Origin: Bacteriovoracaceae bacterium
GTDB lineage: Bacteria > Bdellovibrionota > Bacteriovoracia > Bacteriovoracales > Bacteriovoracaceae
Reading direction: 5' to 3'
DNA length: 64,000 nucleotides
Assembly (NCBI GenBank): GCA_046595005.1
Contig: JBKJPL010000036.1
Coordinates: 35,140 to 99,139, forward strand
Shown here: piece by piece, positions 8,247 to 18,353 of the stretch
Numbering within the stretch: the first letter of the stretch is position 1
Layout of the letters: every line of letters starts with the position of its first letter
Notes under the pieces: model-generated
The model's database searches: none
What the model saw: the letters and a program-made list of their open reading frames with translations, nothing else
What the model was told of the DNA's origin: nothing
Program-made: the position numbers and the translations under genes

Positions 8247-8577
8247 TGTAAAAGATTTCCTGACAAATACGGCGAAAGATTCCCGTATTCCCGACCGGGA
8301 TAAGAAAATTCTTCTCGCGATGATTGCTCTTCTTATTTCTCCGTTCGATATCATTCCAGACTGGATTCCCATCTTCGGAGTTCTCGACGACTTGATTATT
8401 CTTTCCGTTGTTCTCGATTACTTTTTTTCAGTTCTTGATCAGAACATAATCTTGTCCCATTTTCCGTGGGGCATGAAGAGTTATGTGCGCTTAAAATCCA
8501 TCACGCATGTTACACAGTATTTTGTTCCAAGAATTATCAAGAAGAAGCTCTGGAAGTACGTCGGGTCGCCGTATTGA
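8227..8577 (+). CDS. YkvA/DUF1232 family membrane protein
   Basis: LISPFDIIPDWIPIFGVLDDL signature. Confidence 0.88.
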   Translation: MLKFLNDVKDFLTNTAKDSRIPDRDKKILLAMIALLISPFDIIPDWIPIFGVLDDLIILSVVLDYFFSVLDQNIILSHFPWGMKSYVRLKSITHVTQYFVPRIIKKKLWKYVGSPY

Positions 8578-8895
8578 TTACATTCCGAAAAATTCGGTCA
8601 CAGATTTTTGTGGAACATGAGTATAGTGTGGAGCAATCACACTGAGATCACTTTCAATTGCGGAGAGTTGTTCTTTAGCGAGATCTGTTGAAGTTTCGGA
8701 CATTGTTACTGAAGCTGGAGATCTGTCGTTCTTTTCAATCTGAACAGGAATGCGTGCCTTGGTCTTCTCAGCTTCTTCAGCTGAAATCATATTCGACTTC
8801 ACCATCTCATCAATCAGAATAACTGCTTCATCCCGTGACACCTGGGCATTGGCAGTTGCAGAGAAGACTAGAAGAAGAGTTATGAGTAATCGCAT
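8578..8895 (-). CDS. Hypothetical secreted protein
   Basis: Signal peptide (SATANA); GAGG SD upstream. Confidence 0.65.
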   Translation of the reverse strand: MRLLITLLLVFSATANAQVSRDEAVILIDEMVKSNMISAEEAEKTKARIPVQIEKNDRSPASVTMSETSTDLAKEQLSAIESDLSVIAPHYTHVPQKSVTEFFGM

Positions 8896-9031
8896 ACGTT
8901 CACCTCGTTAGAGATTATCGGTGAACAACGCTGGGTACTTGACTAATTCCGGCGGTTTACTGGAGTTACAGTTATTTAGACTTACTTAATCTGACCAGGA
9001 ATGGTGGTAGCGACTTAGGAAATGCCCATTA

Positions 9032-9532
9032 TTAGTGGAAGCTCAGGATTTCGTATGAGCGGGTTTCCTTGGGAGTTTCGACTTCAAATTTTTCGCCGGA
9101 CTTGAGACCCAGCATGGCGTCTCCGATGGGAGAGAAAACGGAAACGACCACAACAGCATCGTCTTTGATTTTAAGAAGTGTTCCACCTGCAGTGGGAATA
9201 AGAAAATAAAGCATTTTTCTTTCGCTGTATGAGAGCTCAACCAGTGCACCGATACTTATTTCACCCATTCTCGAGCTTACATTGAGATCTACTTCTTCGA
9301 GAATTTGAATTTCAAGTTTCAACTCTTCAACCCGCTTGGCCTCAGCACTCGCGAGATATGAAGCTTCCAGAGCTCGGGTGTCGTATTTACTCTCGGCCTT
9401 GAATTCGGGATCAGTCGCAAAGCTTTTTTGCTCAAGGGCAGAACGAGTGAGGTCAACGAGCTCCTCGCGGGACTTTTTCAGGAGCTCATCTAAGAGTGAA
9501 CGTTTAAGAGTAATGGCAGACTTCGTATTCAA
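9032..9532 (-). CDS. GreA/GreB-family domain protein
   Basis: ESKYDTRALEASYLA and VVSVFSPIGDAMLGLKSGEKFEV C-terminal Gre fold; start re-called at TTG 9532, just after the ychJ stop (the track start at 9610 overlaps ychJ). Confidence 0.8.
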   Translation of the reverse strand: MNTKSAITLKRSLLDELLKKSREELVDLTRSALEQKSFATDPEFKAESKYDTRALEASYLASAEAKRVEELKLEIQILEEVDLNVSSRMGEISIGALVELSYSERKMLYFLIPTAGGTLLKIKDDAVVVVSVFSPIGDAMLGLKSGEKFEVETPKETRSYEILSFH

Positions 9533-9533
9533 A

Positions 9534-10043
9534 TCAGGCGCCACAACATTTTTTGTATTTTTTCCCTGAGCCGCAAGAGCAGATGTCATTGCGCCCAAGT
9601 TTTGGTTCAAGACGCTTCACCGGCTGAGCGCCGTGAATCTGACCTTCTTTAAATTTCCAGTCTCCACCATCTTTCTGGAAAAGAGATGTTTCATGGTGAC
9701 GGAGTTCAGTTCCTGAAGCCTTGTCTTTATAATGAGCAATGAATTCTACGATACCAGTATTATCTGCTGGCTCACCTTTCTGAGTTTTCTTGATTTCAAG
9801 ACCCTGCCACTCAGAGCTCTCCGCCCACTTCAGAGCTTCTTCTTTATCAAAAGTTTCCTGAGAGAGTGAGATCTGAGTCTGGTCGATGTAATCAATCGCT
9901 TTCACCACATAAGCAGCGTAACGGGCGCGCATGAGTGATTCAGCAGTCGGGGCTTTTTTCTTTCCGGTGATATAAGGGGCACAGCAAGCTTCGTAATTAA
10001 GCGGGTGTTCCTTATCAAGGGTACGGCATGGACAAAGTGACAT
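9534..10043 (-). CDS. ychJ: YchJ family protein with SEC-C metal-binding motifs
   Basis: N-terminal CPC...[24 protein letters not shown], and C-terminal [18 protein letters not shown]. Confidence 0.92.
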   Translation of the reverse strand: MSLCPCRTLDKEHPLNYEACCAPYITGKKKAPTAESLMRARYAAYVVKAIDYIDQTQISLSQETFDKEEALKWAESSEWQGLEIKKTQKGEPADNTGIVEFIAHYKDKASGTELRHHETSLFQKDGGDWKFKEGQIHGAQPVKRLEPKLGRNDICSCGSGKKYKKCCGA

Positions 10044-10113
10044 GAATGGCTCCTGTGAATTTCCCTATTATCGAGGTAAGATGAAAAAGATTCAAATCAA
10101 ATGTTAAGGCCCT

Positions 10114-12411
10114 ATGAATCATAAAAAACGGATTACCCTTCCCATAGATGCCCATGTGGAAGATATTCTCGCGGCCGGGAAAAATCATCCGACTCTTCTT
10201 GTTAGGGCCTCCCCTGGCTCCGGTAAAACCACCCGCCTACCCTGGGCATTGACTGCTTTAACCTCAAAAAAGGTCATTGTTCTTGAACCCAGACGTCTTG
10301 CTGCCAAGCTCGCTGCAGAAAGAATTGCCTATGAGGAAGATTTCGCTCCGGGAAAAGAAGTCGGCTATCACTTTCGCTTTGAAAGAAAAATCTCGGAAGA
10401 TACACGGCTGATATTTTATACCGAAGGGACTTTTCTAAAACTCCTTACGGGAAATCCTGATCTCTCTGATGTTGGTGTCGTTATCCTCGATGAATTTCAT
10501 GAAAGGCATATTGAAACTGATCTCGCTTTTGCCTATCTCAGAACTCTCCAGGAAAAAAGAAGAGATCTGAAACTTGTGGTGATGTCAGCAACTCTTGATA
10601 CCGGTATCTCGCATGTCTTCAAGGATCCAAAACTATTTGATATCGAAGCTCCCCGTTTTCCGGTAGAAATTCATTATCTCGCCAACCAGCCGAGTGTTCT
10701 CAATCAGCCGCTTGAAACAAAAATTAAAAACACGCTCACTTCTATCAAAAATGATGGAGACATTCTGGTTTTTGTTCCAGGTATGCGGGAGATGTTTCAG
10801 GTGCAGGAAAGAATTGGTTCTGAATTCGGTGAAGTTCATCTTCTTCATGCCGAACTTCCTAAAGAAGATCAGGACCGTGCTCTGGGAAAATCTTCCCGCA
10901 GAAAAATTATCCTTTCGACAAATATTGCTGAAAGTTCCGTGACTATTCCCGGTATCAGGATCGTAATCGACAGCGGAATACAGAGAGAAGCCCAGTTCTC
11001 CCCCTGGACGGGGCTTAAAATTCTTTCTGATAAACCAGTCACCCAAAGCTCTGCCATTCAGAGAACAGGTCGCGCGGGCCGTGAAGCTGCTGGCGAATGC
11101 TATCGCCTTTACAGTAAGCAGGATTACGACGAGCGGGAAGCTTACACAATTCCGGAAATCATGCGTGCCGATCTGCTCGATACAGTTCTTCTCTCGAGAA
11201 AACTTTCAACATCTCTGCAGTGGCCATCGCCTCCTCCAATTGAGAGATGGAAAAAAGCTGAAGAGCTTGCAAAACTGCTTGGACTTCTGGATGAAAATGG
11301 AAAACTTACTTCGACTGGAGTTGAAGTAGAAAAGATTCCCCTCGATTCGCGACTTGGGAGAGCATTCCTCGCGGCAAAAAATCTATCGGCCGATGAACAA
11401 AAAAAATTAGTCCGCGCTATTGCTGTCGATATTGAAGGCGACCGCTCAGGAAATCTCCAGCGAAGACTCACACCCCTTCTTCCACCGGCAATTGGCAAAG
11501 ATCCATGGGAAAAAGCACTCCTTTCGGGTTTTGTGGATCAGCTCGCCCGTTACCGTTCCAAACAAAACGACTTCATTCATTTTTCTGGAAAGACTCTTAA
11601 GGCGCACAAGGATCTCACGACTCTCCAATATGATTTTTATCTCATCTTAGATGTAACAGCTCGTGGAGAAGCGATTCAGGTTATTCCAGTGCTGGAAGAA
11701 TGGATCATGGAGCTTGAACCGTTTCCGTTTCATGAAGAGAATGTTTTTAATCTTGAGAAGCTCAGAAAGAAAACCCGGACGATGCTCGGAAGTATCGTGA
11801 TGGATGAATCTGAGAAGCCGCTTGAGTTTAATGGACTGTCTGCGGAATCCAGGGCGAAATTTCTTGAACTTGCTGAGACACCGTTTAAAAAGCAGCTCGA
11901 TAGTCTTTCAACTGATTCTCAATGGGAAAAGCTGCATTTCTGGGCAAGAACGAAGAATCAGAAGCTGGAAGATATAAAGATTGAGCCATCATTGTTTTTT
12001 GAAACGCATTCATCATGGGAAAAGTTTCCTGGGTTCATTTATTCATTTCTCGAAGAGAAGCTCGAGGCCGGTGATCTTCAGAGAAATCTTCCTTCGAAAT
12101 TAGATCTTGGCGGACGAAGAGAACTCCCGATCCACTATCCAATGAATCTTGATCCCTATGTAGAAGCTCCACTGCAGGATTTCTACGGACAAAAGAGTGT
12201 TCCAGCTCTCCTTCAGGGAAAATTCCCCTTACAGGTAAAACTTCTCGGACCTAACAGAATGCCTATTCAAGTGACGAAGGACCTGGCAGGTTTCTGGACG
12301 CGAATGTATCCGGAAATGAAGAAAGTCTGGTTAAGAGAGTATCCGAGACATTACTGGCCGGATGATCCTGTGAACGCAAAGCCGTTTCTACTAAAGAGAC
12401 AGGTTATATAA
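10114..12411 (+). CDS. hrpB: ATP-dependent helicase HrpB
   Basis: GSGKTT, EPRRLAA, DEFHER, SAT, STNIAESSVTIPG, QRTGRAGR; C-terminal LLGPNRMPIQVTKDLAGFW and YPRHYWPDDP. Confidence 0.93.
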   Translation: MNHKKRITLPIDAHVEDILAAGKNHPTLLVRASPGSGKTTRLPWALTALTSKKVIVLEPRRLAAKLAAERIAYEEDFAPGKEVGYHFRFERKISEDTRLIFYTEGTFLKLLTGNPDLSDVGVVILDEFHERHIETDLAFAYLRTLQEKRRDLKLVVMSATLDTGISHVFKDPKLFDIEAPRFPVEIHYLANQPSVLNQPLETKIKNTLTSIKNDGDILVFVPGMREMFQVQERIGSEFGEVHLLHAELPKEDQDRALGKSSRRKIILSTNIAESSVTIPGIRIVIDSGIQREAQFSPWTGLKILSDKPVTQSSAIQRTGRAGREAAGECYRLYSKQDYDEREAYTIPEIMRADLLDTVLLSRKLSTSLQWPSPPPIERWKKAEELAKLLGLLDENGKLTSTGVEVEKIPLDSRLGRAFLAAKNLSADEQKKLVRAIAVDIEGDRSGNLQRRLTPLLPPAIGKDPWEKALLSGFVDQLARYRSKQNDFIHFSGKTLKAHKDLTTLQYDFYLILDVTARGEAIQVIPVLEEWIMELEPFPFHEENVFNLEKLRKKTRTMLGSIVMDESEKPLEFNGLSAESRAKFLELAETPFKKQLDSLSTDSQWEKLHFWARTKNQKLEDIKIEPSLFFETHSSWEKFPGFIYSFLEEKLEAGDLQRNLPSKLDLGGRRELPIHYPMNLDPYVEAPLQDFYGQKSVPALLQGKFPLQVKLLGPNRMPIQVTKDLAGFWTRMYPEMKKVWLREYPRHYWPDDPVNAKPFLLKRQVI

Positions 12412-12415
12412 AGTT

Positions 12416-12433
12416 ACTTCCGCCGGTGGAAGT
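12416..12433. terminator. Short hairpin between convergent hrpB and the DUF1653 gene
   Basis: ACTTCC-GCCGGT-GGAAGT, flanked by AAGTT/AAACTT. Confidence 0.35.
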
Positions 12434-12453
12434 GAAACTTAAGAAACGAAAAC

Positions 12454-12705
12454 CTAAAGACGCTGAGAACCTTTCTGATCGCCGATATATTCAAAACGCT
12501 GAACAGTTTTTCCATCCACTTCAACCGTCTCAAGAAACATAGAAAGTGGTCTGACCCAGATCTTTGCGGCTTCATTCTCATAAAGGCACTCATAAACGAC
12601 CATCCACTCCATCGTCTCCGAGTGGCGTGCGAGTTCGTGAACCTTATAGGTCTTGCCCTTGTAATGACGATAAATTCCACCAAGCTTTAGTTCGTCTTTC
12701 ACCAA
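12454..12705 (-). CDS. DUF1653 domain protein
   Basis: YRHYKGKTYKV...ARHSETMEWMVVYECLY...WVRPLSMF...RF signature. Confidence 0.92.
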   Translation of the reverse strand: MVKDELKLGGIYRHYKGKTYKVHELARHSETMEWMVVYECLYENEAAKIWVRPLSMFLETVEVDGKTVQRFEYIGDQKGSQRL

Positions 12706-14051
12706 GATATTTTCTCCAGAAACATGAATGGGAAGATCCCAATGAAGAACATCATAATCAGGATGATGAGATATGGGAACATCTCGAAGAGCGACATATC
12801 GAGAATTTTGGTCTTCGTCCGCGAAGGATTGGTTCCGAGAAAGAGCTTTGAGAAAAGTAAGAAGAAGAGAATACCGTTAAGGCAGGTCGCAAAGATATGA
12901 CCAAGCCCAAGATAAGGCTGTTGTTCAAGGAGGCCGGTAATAACCAGATCTTCCGCGACAAAAGATGCGAGCAGCGGAACACCAATGAGACAGAAACCGA
13001 AAAGGCAAAAAAGAGTCGCGAGTTTTGGAAAGTCCTGAGCGAGGCCATAGTATGACTGAGATTTTCTGAAGGAGATGTGTCCCTGGATATGAGACATAAT
13101 TGACCAGAGAGCAATTCCTGAGAAAGAAATAACCATCATATGGAGATATGAACCACGGAGAGCAACACTGGTCGCCTGAAGGCCGGTGAGGATGAGAGAG
13201 GCCTGGGCAATATAAAAATAAGTAACCTGCTTTTGAACGTTCTCCTCAAAGATTCCGCGATAAGACCAGTAGATTGAGGAAAAAATTGAAAATCCAAGAA
13301 GCATGATCTTAAATAAATCGGGTTCGGCACTATAGTTTGGGAGCATGAACTGAACAAAGAGAAGTACTCCCGCGCGCGGAAGGAATATTGCCGCGAGCTC
13401 GTACCATCTGACCTCGTCAACAAGATCGTGAACCCATGAATGAAAAGGAAAAATTCCATGCGACTGGTAAACAATAAGAAAACAAAGGAGGAGAACATCG
13501 ACTCTGAAGAACTCAGCAGGATATTCCATCAATGGGTAAAGTAAGTAACCTGCAGAAGAAGATTTAATCATCAATACAACGGCACAGATAAAACATAGAG
13601 AATGCTGAATCAGGTAAGTACCACCTGAATGTGAAGTTCCATCACGCATATTCTTCAGGAAGTTTCGTCCGGGAACTCCACGCTGGAGGAAATAGAAGAA
13701 AAAGAATGTCGGCATATTGTCTGCCATGACAATACCCATTCCACCACCAAGGAGAAGGAGAAAGTCGCGGTTGAATGTGATCTCATTCCTTACCGGAAAC
13801 AGACCCATAAATAAGGCCCCACAGAAGATGGAACCTACAAAGAGACTGGGACGGTTAAAGGAAAAGGAAAGGAGTGAATGAGTGCTGACAGTTGCTTCCG
13901 GTAAAGAAAAAAAGAGCCATGTCATAAGGACAAAGAGAATCATGAGAACAGAAAGAGTGAGTTCCTTAGTCCTGTGAAGTTTCGGCGCAAATATCCAGCC
14001 ACCAAAAGTGAGAAGAAGTGGAAGTGTTTTAAGAGCAGCTTCAAAAGGCAT
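12699..14051 (-). CDS. Proton-conducting membrane transporter subunit (NuoM/MrpD-like, divergent)
   Basis: Highly hydrophobic; GIFPFHSW, YGLAQDFP, LIGVPLLASFVAEDL resemble the PF00361 family; start overlaps the dabB stop (TAATG). Confidence 0.75.
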   Translation of the reverse strand: MPFEAALKTLPLLLTFGGWIFAPKLHRTKELTLSVLMILFVLMTWLFFSLPEATVSTHSLLSFSFNRPSLFVGSIFCGALFMGLFPVRNEITFNRDFLLLLGGGMGIVMADNMPTFFFFYFLQRGVPGRNFLKNMRDGTSHSGGTYLIQHSLCFICAVVLMIKSSSAGYLLYPLMEYPAEFFRVDVLLLCFLIVYQSHGIFPFHSWVHDLVDEVRWYELAAIFLPRAGVLLFVQFMLPNYSAEPDLFKIMLLGFSIFSSIYWSYRGIFEENVQKQVTYFYIAQASLILTGLQATSVALRGSYLHMMVISFSGIALWSIMSHIQGHISFRKSQSYYGLAQDFPKLATLFCLFGFCLIGVPLLASFVAEDLVITGLLEQQPYLGLGHIFATCLNGILFFLLFSKLFLGTNPSRTKTKILDMSLFEMFPYLIILIMMFFIGIFPFMFLEKISW

Positions 14052-15367
14052 TATTTAATCCTCAGAAGTTTAGATAACAAGGCATTATCCCACTTCATCA
14101 TCTTCTTCTCGGTCTGAAAAATTAGTTTCATGGGATAACTCACGCCCCGAAGAAAGCGATGAGTGAAGTGATCAAGATGAAAGGAGTGCAAAGCATGCAC
14201 ATAAATTTTCTTCTGGACCGTTAACGGGAGAAATTGAATAAAGGAAAGTCCACGACGGATACTGACGTCCTGTTTAACAATCGGATTGTCTGTGAAATCC
14301 TGGATAAGAGAAAGTGAACGCAGGAACTGCCATGTTCGAAGAGATGCATGTGCCACCATGTGAAACATAGCAAAGTTTGTGTAACCGAGAGCAATTTCAA
14401 TATAAATGATTCCTACCTGGGTGATGGTTGCAAATCCCAGCATGGTCTTGGCATCAGATCTGGTTCTACCTACAAGTGTTGCCCAGATGGCAGATAGGGC
14501 CCCGATAACTCCGATTGCGATCAGAAGCGATGGAAAATTCTCCAGATAATTGTGAAAACGTATGAGTAGAAATGGTCCGAGATGAACTGAAAGAGCACCA
14601 TAAAAAATTGCACTGGATGGAGTTGGCCCTTCCATCGCTGTCGGAAGCCACGACGACATCGGAAGTTGCCCCGCCTTAGCGAGAGAAGCAAATATGATGA
14701 AAATTCCGATGAAGATAAGACCACTCCCCTCTGCATGATTCAGAAGTTTAGGAAGTTCGGTGAAATCAGTTGAATGCAAATAAAGATGTGCCCATGCACC
14801 TGCCGCGAGAATACCCATATCACAGATCCGGTAGCTCACAATCGCTTTGATCGAATGCCTCACTGGCTGAACCTGAGTATAAAAATAACTGATGAGTAGA
14901 ACTGATGTCGTTCCCACTAGCTCCCACCCTATGAAGAGTAGATCGATAGAGCGGGCAAAGCTTACAATATTGAGACCAAACCAGAGAACGATAAGGAGAA
15001 AGACGAAACGAAAATAACCTTCTTCACGGTGAAGGTAATTTCTTGAGAACCGGAAAATTATCCCAATGAGACATGCTGTGAGTAATGAGTATGTCGCTCC
15101 CAGAAGATCAATAATGAATGGAAGTCCGAAGTAATAATCCCGAACCTCAATCCAGTGCCCATAATCCACAAGAAGTTCTGATGGAGACAGAATCCAGGAA
15201 AGCGTAAAGAGCCAGAATCCAACAGCTACCATCCCCAGCGAAAAAAACTTCACAACCGTCGAGAGAATTCGCTCAGACCAGCGGGTTCGCATGAGGAATG
15301 TCATTCCCAGAACGCACATGAAAATAAATGGAGCTAATAAGGTAGTTAGGAAAAGTTTCTCCATCAT
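14051..15367 (-). CDS. dabB: DabB/MpsA-like NuoL-family membrane subunit of an inorganic-carbon pump
   Basis: GWELVG, AKAGQLPMSSWLPTAMEGPTPSSAIFYGALSVH, KTMLGFATITQVG, HMVAHASLRTWQFL; ATG overlaps the stop of the DUF2309 gene. Confidence 0.85.
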   Translation of the reverse strand: MMEKLFLTTLLAPFIFMCVLGMTFLMRTRWSERILSTVVKFFSLGMVAVGFWLFTLSWILSPSELLVDYGHWIEVRDYYFGLPFIIDLLGATYSLLTACLIGIIFRFSRNYLHREEGYFRFVFLLIVLWFGLNIVSFARSIDLLFIGWELVGTTSVLLISYFYTQVQPVRHSIKAIVSYRICDMGILAAGAWAHLYLHSTDFTELPKLLNHAEGSGLIFIGIFIIFASLAKAGQLPMSSWLPTAMEGPTPSSAIFYGALSVHLGPFLLIRFHNYLENFPSLLIAIGVIGALSAIWATLVGRTRSDAKTMLGFATITQVGIIYIEIALGYTNFAMFHMVAHASLRTWQFLRSLSLIQDFTDNPIVKQDVSIRRGLSFIQFLPLTVQKKIYVHALHSFHLDHFTHRFLRGVSYPMKLIFQTEKKMMKWDNALLSKLLRIK

Positions 15368-18117
15368 GAGGAGATCTCCGCAAAATCCAGAGACTTCACC
15401 AGTGACATAAGTTCAAGAGAACTTCCTACTTTTTTAGAACTTCCGCCTTCGTTATGAAGTTCTTTCCATTTCCCGTGGCCATAAAGAAGCCACTTTCCGG
15501 TTTCTGGATCATGGACCACAAGTCTCAACCAGTGCTGGCGGACAATATTCCGGAGACGAGGGTGTCCATTGAAAAGAATTTCCACTCTTTCAAAAGGTGC
15601 TTCAATGATAGTCATGCAACGAATTGGCTCATGAATCTCAACCATCTGACGGGCAAGCCCTATCCGGAGATCTCCCTGAGATCCGGTCATCACTCCTAAA
15701 AGAGAAGTCAGGTTGAGTGGAAGCTTGGATCCACAGCCAAAGTTTTCATTATCAACGAGGGAGAAATAATAATCCATGTTGATGTTACAAGCGACGGGAA
15801 CGCCACCAATCACAACCTGGGCAAGTATTTTTCCATCCGGATCAATCGTCCAGTCGTACGTATGAAGGAATGATCGGCGATTCAGAAACAGGCCCTTTGT
15901 CAGATCTCTCTTAGCGACAACTGAGAGAGCATTTTTCGAATGCCCATACTCGGGCCGTGGCTGGGCAGGATCCATCGCGCGTTCTCTGACATGCTTGGCA
16001 GCAGCGTCTGCATCAAGCTTTGCTTCACGCAGACTGAAACGCTGGCAACGTTCAAGGGCATTTCTCTTTAGAGCTTCGGTGAGATTTTTCCTGACAGCAT
16101 CCAGGAGTTTGATTTTCTCCGGTGGAACCATATCCAGATCAAAGAAAGATACTTCATCAGCGCAAGTATCATGGTAGCCGGAAATCACCACCGTTGATTC
16201 AGGTATGTGAACTCCTGAAGTTTCAAGCAGAACTCTCACTCTTGGATCATTGGCCATCCTGGCAAATGCTCTTGAGTTCGGAATACCAGCGTTACCGCCG
16301 CATGCTCCGCAACCATAGGCTTGCCTGAATGGATTGTTTGTCGACGAAGATCCATGTGAGAGAAGTACGATCAGAGGAGAGAAGAAACTTCTCATACCAC
16401 ACTGATCAAAAATATTTTTTACAATTCCTGCCATCTCATTGACATCATAACCGTGATACTCGTCCGTCTTTTCGACGTTGATAATAGTTTTTGGTTCTGA
16501 AGACATCAGCGAGAAAAAACCACTCTTTATCTTCTTTGCATTTCCCGGAAAAAATATCTGTAAGAACATCGGAATAATACTCAGAGTGCCCAGGATCAAA
16601 GTCGTGATAATGCCTCTAAAGAGAGTGCGCGACTGATAATAGAATGCCAGATCTGTGAATCCATGAAAGTTATTCAATTTCTTAAAGACTGTACTCTGAG
16701 ATTTATCCACAATGATTTCTGTGACTATTTTCGAAGGTTTCACCACCGGAGGGCATTGAGCAATAAGCCTCTCATTTTTTATAGACGCAAACTTCATATC
16801 AATACCAAAGAAACCCACCACTCCATAGGTAGCGAGTTTCGGGTTCACTTCTTCAGTGTGACGGCGGATAGATTCTTCGCGATCATCGATACAAAAAAGA
16901 ATCTGTGCTTCTGGAGTATTGGTGATGCTCTGGCTACCCTTCCCTATTATCGCTTTTAAGGCCTTCCGGTAATACTCATGTTCAAAAGCTTCATGCCATA
17001 GACGAACATTATGAGTTTTCTCCGCGAGATCTACACCGTCAATGACCTGAAGGGCCTCTTCGCAGGTAAGTTTCTGAACCCAACGGGTGTCAAGCTTCAT
17101 ATCTTTGGTGATCTGATAAAGAGCGAGTGAAAGGTTGAAACTTGAAAGCTTGATTTCTTCTTTCCGCCCACGAATGAGAGTAATGTCGAGAGAATGTAAT
17201 TCGGAGAAGAAAGTATCGACTGAAGATTCAATCAGGAGAAGAGCTGCGATGTACTCAGTGAGCTTGATGACAGGAGCTTTTACAGTAGCTTGCCATGGTT
17301 CAACTTCGAGCTTGTTAACCATTCCGGACCATCCCTTCAGATCGAAGAGAATATCCAGAAGATAACTTTCCCAGATTTCTTCAGGAATTTTCATCTTCTG
17401 AAGCTCATTAACAATTATATCGGCTGGATCAGATCCACCATATGCTTCAATCTTTGCGGCAAAGACTTTCTGCCAGCCAGAAAGAAAACTACCAGTCTGT
17501 TTTATGTCATAGGCGAGAAATTTCCAGAATCCCTCTTGAGTGAAGGGATTACTCCAGAAGCTTTGTCCCTGATCGAGATAGCTTCCAGCGAGCCGGGTAA
17601 TGAGTGGATGAATTGAGAGATTAAAAAGCACGTTGTAATGTTTTTCCCAGTAGCCTTTTGCACGCCACTTAACGGGTGAACGGGACAGGACAAGAGAAGA
17701 GTCTTTTACTTTCTCACGACAGAACATCCATAACCGTTCATCTTCCAGTTCAGGTTGTATTTCATCATCGTTGAAATTTAATTCTGAGAACATGAGGTGA
17801 TAAAAAAAATCTTTTTTTTCTAATCCCATTACATTCAGAAAAGGCAGATCGTGGTAGTAGCCCAGATAATGTTCCAGGGCCTCCATGATATCTTCCTGCC
17901 CGATCTTTTTCTGAGCATGGAGATCTTTGTAACGTTCAACCGGCCAGTAAGTTTTCGCCCGGTAGAGTGGTCCAGCCTCTGAAAGAGCATCATGAAAGTC
18001 GAGATGCTCGAACATCTGGAGGATATTATTGTGAACAAAACTATGCAGTGGATTTTGAAGCGGAAGCTTACTTCTGATGGCGCCCAATAGTTTTTCAAAT
18101 TGAATGTTTGAAGTCAT
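15364..18117 (-). CDS. dabA: DabA/MpsB (DUF2309) beta-carbonic-anhydrase-like subunit
   Basis: LPLQNPLHSFVHNNIL N-terminus; Zn-ligand motifs FCIDDREES, HGSSSTNNP, CGACGG; RPEYGH, LFLNRRSFL, INMDYYFS, HEPIR. Confidence 0.93.
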   Translation of the reverse strand: MTSNIQFEKLLGAIRSKLPLQNPLHSFVHNNILQMFEHLDFHDALSEAGPLYRAKTYWPVERYKDLHAQKKIGQEDIMEALEHYLGYYHDLPFLNVMGLEKKDFFYHLMFSELNFNDDEIQPELEDERLWMFCREKVKDSSLVLSRSPVKWRAKGYWEKHYNVLFNLSIHPLITRLAGSYLDQGQSFWSNPFTQEGFWKFLAYDIKQTGSFLSGWQKVFAAKIEAYGGSDPADIIVNELQKMKIPEEIWESYLLDILFDLKGWSGMVNKLEVEPWQATVKAPVIKLTEYIAALLLIESSVDTFFSELHSLDITLIRGRKEEIKLSSFNLSLALYQITKDMKLDTRWVQKLTCEEALQVIDGVDLAEKTHNVRLWHEAFEHEYYRKALKAIIGKGSQSITNTPEAQILFCIDDREESIRRHTEEVNPKLATYGVVGFFGIDMKFASIKNERLIAQCPPVVKPSKIVTEIIVDKSQSTVFKKLNNFHGFTDLAFYYQSRTLFRGIITTLILGTLSIIPMFLQIFFPGNAKKIKSGFFSLMSSEPKTIINVEKTDEYHGYDVNEMAGIVKNIFDQCGMRSFFSPLIVLLSHGSSSTNNPFRQAYGCGACGGNAGIPNSRAFARMANDPRVRVLLETSGVHIPESTVVISGYHDTCADEVSFFDLDMVPPEKIKLLDAVRKNLTEALKRNALERCQRFSLREAKLDADAAAKHVRERAMDPAQPRPEYGHSKNALSVVAKRDLTKGLFLNRRSFLHTYDWTIDPDGKILAQVVIGGVPVACNINMDYYFSLVDNENFGCGSKLPLNLTSLLGVMTGSQGDLRIGLARQMVEIHEPIRCMTIIEAPFERVEILFNGHPRLRNIVRQHWLRLVVHDPETGKWLLYGHGKWKELHNEGGSSKKVGSSLELMSLVKSLDFAEISS

Positions 18118-18187
18118 TTAATCATTCTATCTCTAAACTGGGTATGAAACCAACTTTTAGTAATCCCTTTTTTGAAAGCAAATTCTC

Positions 18188-18340
18188 CTACAAACCGCCT
18201 GAACTGATCATTTCCACAACCGGGAGATAGATATCTTTCGCCACGGAAGATCTTTCAGCATTACTTAAGAGGTAAATAGATATAGCCACCCATATAGTTA
18301 TTATTACCAGAGCGAAAAGTTTCTTCGATTTATGGCTCAT
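18188..18340 (-). CDS. Unannotated 50-aa single-pass membrane protein between sulP and dabA
   Basis: Hand translation MSHKSKKLFALVIITIWVAISIYLLSNAERSSVAKDIYLPVVEMISSGGL*; basic N-terminus then a hydrophobic helix; starts 13 nt after the sulP stop; weak SD. Confidence 0.55.
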   Translation of the reverse strand: MSHKSKKLFALVIITIWVAISIYLLSNAERSSVAKDIYLPVVEMISSGGL

Positions 18341-18353
18341 TCGTTCTTTCACG

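Noticed and set aside
12699-15367. Respiratory complex I nuoL/nuoM or Mrp antiporter operon
   Set aside because: No other nuo or mrp subunits nearby; direct coupling to DUF2309 and the HASLRTWQFL motif fit DabB
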